Assembly (NCBI GenBank): GCA_963805625.1 | Contig: CAWDVE010000017.1 | Span: 128,001 to 192,000 of the forward strand | Length of the DNA: 64,000 nt | Direction of reading: 5' to 3' | DNA from: an uncultured Candidatus Rokubacteria bacterium | GTDB taxonomy: Bacteria; Methylomirabilota; Methylomirabilia; Rokubacteriales; DASRDR01 | In this document: piece after piece, positions 61,304-64,000 of the stretch | Layout of the letters: each line of letters opens with the position of its first letter | How positions within the stretch are numbered: the first letter of the stretch is position 1 | Notes under the pieces: model-generated | The model's database searches: none | Seen by the model: the letters and a program-made list of their open reading frames with translations, nothing else | What the model was told of the DNA's origin: nothing | Position numbers and translations under genes: made by a program

Positions 61304-62193
61304 GGCTCACGCTCTGGGGCACGCGCGGCTCCGTGGCCGCGGCCGGGCCCGACACGGTGCGATACGGCGGCAACACCTCCTGCGTCGAGGCGCGGGCCGC
61401 CGACGGCAGCGTGCTCGTCCTCGATGCCGGCACGGGCATGCGCCGCCTGGGCGTGGCGATCCGCGATCAGGGGCGCCGCGTAGACATCCTGCTGACCCAT
61501 CTCCACATGGACCACATCCAGGGGCTCGGCTTCTTCGCCCCCTTCTTCGAGCAGGACCGCGAGGTGCACGTGTGGGGCCCGCCGTCCACGACGCTGGCGC
61601 TCCGGGAGCGGCTCACGCGCTACCTGTCGCCACCGCTCTTCCCCGTGCGGCTCCGCGAGCTGCCGTGTCGCCTCGTTCTCCACGACGTGCCCCTCGAGGG
61701 GTTCGAGATCGGGCCGTTCCGCGTCAACGCCGCACTGGTCTGCCACCCCGGCCCCACCGTCGGTTACCGGATCGCGGCGGACGGCGCCACGCTCGCCTAC
61801 CTGCCGGATCACGAGCCGGCGCTCGGATTCGGGCGGATGCCTGCCGCGCCCGACTGGATCTCCGGGTTCGCCCTTGTTGCCGGTGTCGACGTGCTGGTTC
61901 ACGACGCGCAGTACAGCGCCGCCGAGTACCTCGATCACATCGGCTGGGGTCACAGTGCGCTGACCCACACGCTGGCCCTCGGGACTGCCGCCGGCGTCCA
62001 GCGACTGGTGACCTTCCACCACGATCCGGGCCACGACGACGACACGCTGACGCGCCTGCTCGACGAGGCCCGCGGGGGCGCCGCCTTCCCGTTCGAGATC
62101 GTGCCGGGGACCGAGGGTCTGTCCTTCGATGTTGGCGACGCTGGCGACCCTGGCGATCGTGGAGGTCCGGGACACTCCGCGGCGTCGCGCTAA
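61300..62193 (+). CDS. Metallo-beta-lactamase fold hydrolase (phosphodiesterase-like)
   Basis: WGTRGS, YGGNTSCVE, LDAGTG, THLHMDHIQG, HDAQY, WGHS, FHHDP; GTGA overlap with the PAS gene. Confidence 0.9.
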   Translation: MRLTLWGTRGSVAAAGPDTVRYGGNTSCVEARAADGSVLVLDAGTGMRRLGVAIRDQGRRVDILLTHLHMDHIQGLGFFAPFFEQDREVHVWGPPSTTLALRERLTRYLSPPLFPVRLRELPCRLVLHDVPLEGFEIGPFRVNAALVCHPGPTVGYRIAADGATLAYLPDHEPALGFGRMPAAPDWISGFALVAGVDVLVHDAQYSAAEYLDHIGWGHSALTHTLALGTAAGVQRLVTFHHDPGHDDDTLTRLLDEARGGAAFPFEIVPGTEGLSFDVGDAGDPGDRGGPGHSAASR

Positions 62194-62218
62194 GCCGGCC
62201 GGGGGCCGCCGGCCCGGA

Positions 62219-62538
62219 TCAGGCGCGGGTCGAGAGGCCCGAGCCCACGCCGACGACGCGGAACGGGAAGACCTCCCCCGCATCACGCGGGCGCGCACGG
62301 CCGGATCGTCGTCCATCACCTGCTGGGCCTCGTCCGGCGAGCCGGCGCGGAAGATCACGATCCCGAAAGTCGCGGCGTCCGTGGTCTGGGTGCGCCCGAA
62401 GAGCAGGACGACTCCGGCCGCCGCCAGCCGCTCGAGGTACGCGCGATGCGCGGCGACGGCCTCGCGCTCCGCCGGCGTGGGGCCCTCGGTCAGCATGGCC
62501 GGGCGCGTGGTCTGGATTCGATAGATGAACTCGGACAT
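62219..62538 (-). CDS. YCII-related protein with an apparent frameshift near 62277
   Basis: H.AYL, LFGRT, FGIVIF, DDPAV; continues as EVFPFRV in another frame across a G5 run. Confidence 0.7.
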
Positions 62539-62583
62539 CCGCGGCGCTCGTTTCTCCGGGCCGCGGCTCTCGGGCGGCGGCCG

Positions 62584-62612
62584 TTGACACGCCGTCCACG
62601 CCCCCCTATTAT
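62584..62612 (+). promoter_or_regulatory. sigma70-type promoter
   Basis: TTGACA-17 bp-TATTAT upstream of a GGAGG RBS. Confidence 0.7.
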
Positions 62613-62665
62613 TCGCTCGAATCCGGTCACCGCCCTGAGTTTGTCGCTCCTTTCGAGGAGGCGCC

Positions 62666-63940
62666 ATGCGAATCTGCCACGTGCTGCTCTCGATCACCGT
62701 CGCTCTCGTCCTCGCGCTCCCGGTCGCGCCGGCCGTCGCCCAGCAGAAGGAAGTCGTGATCGGGATGCTGTACCCCCTGAGCGGCCCGACGGCGTCGGCG
62801 GGGCTCGACGAGAAGCACGTCTACGAGCTCTTCGCCGACATGGTCAACGGCAAGGAGCCGATGATCCCCGGCGCCTTCTACCAGCAGCTCAAGGGCCTGC
62901 CCGGGTTCCCGGGCGGGGCCCGGCTCCGCCTCATCTTCGTCGACCACCAGGGCAAGCCCGATATCGGCCAGGCCGAGGCAGAGCGCCTGATCACCCAGGA
63001 GAAGGCGCACGTCCTTGTGGGCTCGTGGCAGTCGAGCGTCACGGCAACGACGAGCCAGGTCGCCGAGCGCTTCGGCATCCCGCACTTCAACTCCGAGTCG
63101 AGCTCGCCGGGGCTCACGCGCCGCGGGTTCAAGTGGTTCTTCCGGTCGTCGCCCCACGACGAGCACTTCACGCAGGCGATGTTCGACTTCCTGGCCGACT
63201 TCCAGAAGAAGCGGGGCGTCAAGCTGGAGACGGTCGCCATCTCGAACGAGGACACCCTGTTCGGGACCGACTCGGCGAAGGCGCAGCGCGCGCTCGCCCA
63301 GAAGGCCGGCTATCGGATCGTGACCGAGTTCGCGTACCGGGCGAACAGCACGTCGCTGACCGCCGAGGTGCAGAAGCTCAAGGCCGCGAACCCGGACGTG
63401 TGGTTCCCGACCTCGTACCAGTCCGACGCCATCCTCTTCACGCGGACGTCCAAGGAGCTCGACTGGAACCCGAAGATCATCCTCGCCCAGAACTCGGGGC
63501 ACATCGACCCGAAGTTCATCGAGGCCACCGGGAAGGACTCCGAGGGATACCTCTCGCGCTCGCCCTTCGCGCAGGATCTGGTTGAGAAGACCCCGGTGGC
63601 GAAGGCCGTCAATCCCAGCTACAAGGCGCGCTCGGGCAAGGACCTCTACGACCTGCCGGCCCGCGCGTTCACCGGCATCGTGACGCTGGTGGACGCCCTC
63701 AACCGCGCCGGCTCGACGGAGCCGGAGGCGATCCGCGCGGCTCTCGCCAAGACCGACATCAAGGCCGCTGACCTCCTGGTGCCCTGGACCGGCGTCAAGT
63801 TCGACGAGACGGGCCAGAATGTCGGGGTGCGGGCGATCATCGTCCAGCTCCAGGGTGGGAAGTACTGGACCGTCTGGCCATTCGAGGTGGCGGCGCGCGA
63901 AATCCTCTATCCCATCCCGAGGTGGTCCGACCGGAAGTAG
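62666..63940 (+). CDS. ABC transporter substrate-binding protein, branched-chain amino acid (LivJ/K) family
   Basis: Signal peptide, IG.LYPLSG, AERLITQEK, SSSPGLT.RG.KWFFR, EV.KLKAANPD. Confidence 0.9.
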   Translation: MRICHVLLSITVALVLALPVAPAVAQQKEVVIGMLYPLSGPTASAGLDEKHVYELFADMVNGKEPMIPGAFYQQLKGLPGFPGGARLRLIFVDHQGKPDIGQAEAERLITQEKAHVLVGSWQSSVTATTSQVAERFGIPHFNSESSSPGLTRRGFKWFFRSSPHDEHFTQAMFDFLADFQKKRGVKLETVAISNEDTLFGTDSAKAQRALAQKAGYRIVTEFAYRANSTSLTAEVQKLKAANPDVWFPTSYQSDAILFTRTSKELDWNPKIILAQNSGHIDPKFIEATGKDSEGYLSRSPFAQDLVEKTPVAKAVNPSYKARSGKDLYDLPARAFTGIVTLVDALNRAGSTEPEAIRAALAKTDIKAADLLVPWTGVKFDETGQNVGVRAIIVQLQGGKYWTVWPFEVAAREILYPIPRWSDRK

Positions 63941-63970
63941 GGCCGCGCGCCGGCCCTCGAGGGTGAAGCG

Positions 63971-64000
63971 GTGAGTGTCCGTGTCGGAATCGACGTCGGG
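63971..64000 (+). CDS. Start of a probable hydantoinase/oxoprolinase-family protein (partial)
   Basis: Translates VSVRVGIDVG, matching the GIDVGGT N-terminal motif; only 10 codons are visible. Confidence 0.45.
   Translation, partial: MSVRVGIDVG

Overview
High-GC bacterial chromosome segment. The gene content (orphan ABC_sub_bind-type proteins, NtrC-STAND fusions, long TPR proteins) is consistent with Rokubacteria/Methylomirabilota, which is an inference. 1-27.4 kb is mostly housekeeping: 5'-truncated alaS, a divergent polyamine locus (pdaD-speB-methyltransferase-rlmI-like / speD-speE-maf), rarA-ddl-murG, two TPR proteins, hom-lysC and an ABC-F ATPase. 48.4-64 kb holds peptide-ABC ATPases, bamD, a LarA-like enzyme, a D-glutamate cyclase/pxpBCA cluster and a PAS + metallo-beta-lactamase pair. 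The accessory block at 27.5-48.4 kb is the most notable part. It carries two paralogous ~1360-1380 aa proteins that fuse a sigma54 enhancer-binding AAA+/Fis-HTH module to a degenerate cyclase-like domain, a STAND ATPase and TPRs. Each is divergent from a near-consensus sigma54 -24/-12 promoter with a shared CCCCACC upstream motif. One promoter drives a membrane protein plus a B12-radical SAM enzyme. The other drives an LPG-synthase-TM / PAP2 / heme-oxygenase-like / enolase / GH3 / ICMT-like operon that is partly decayed. Between them lie a tRNA-Glu 3' fragment (att-like scar), a broken collagen-like gene, and IS110, cysteine synthase and multicopper oxidase remnants. All calls come from motif recognition by eye; no database searches were run.
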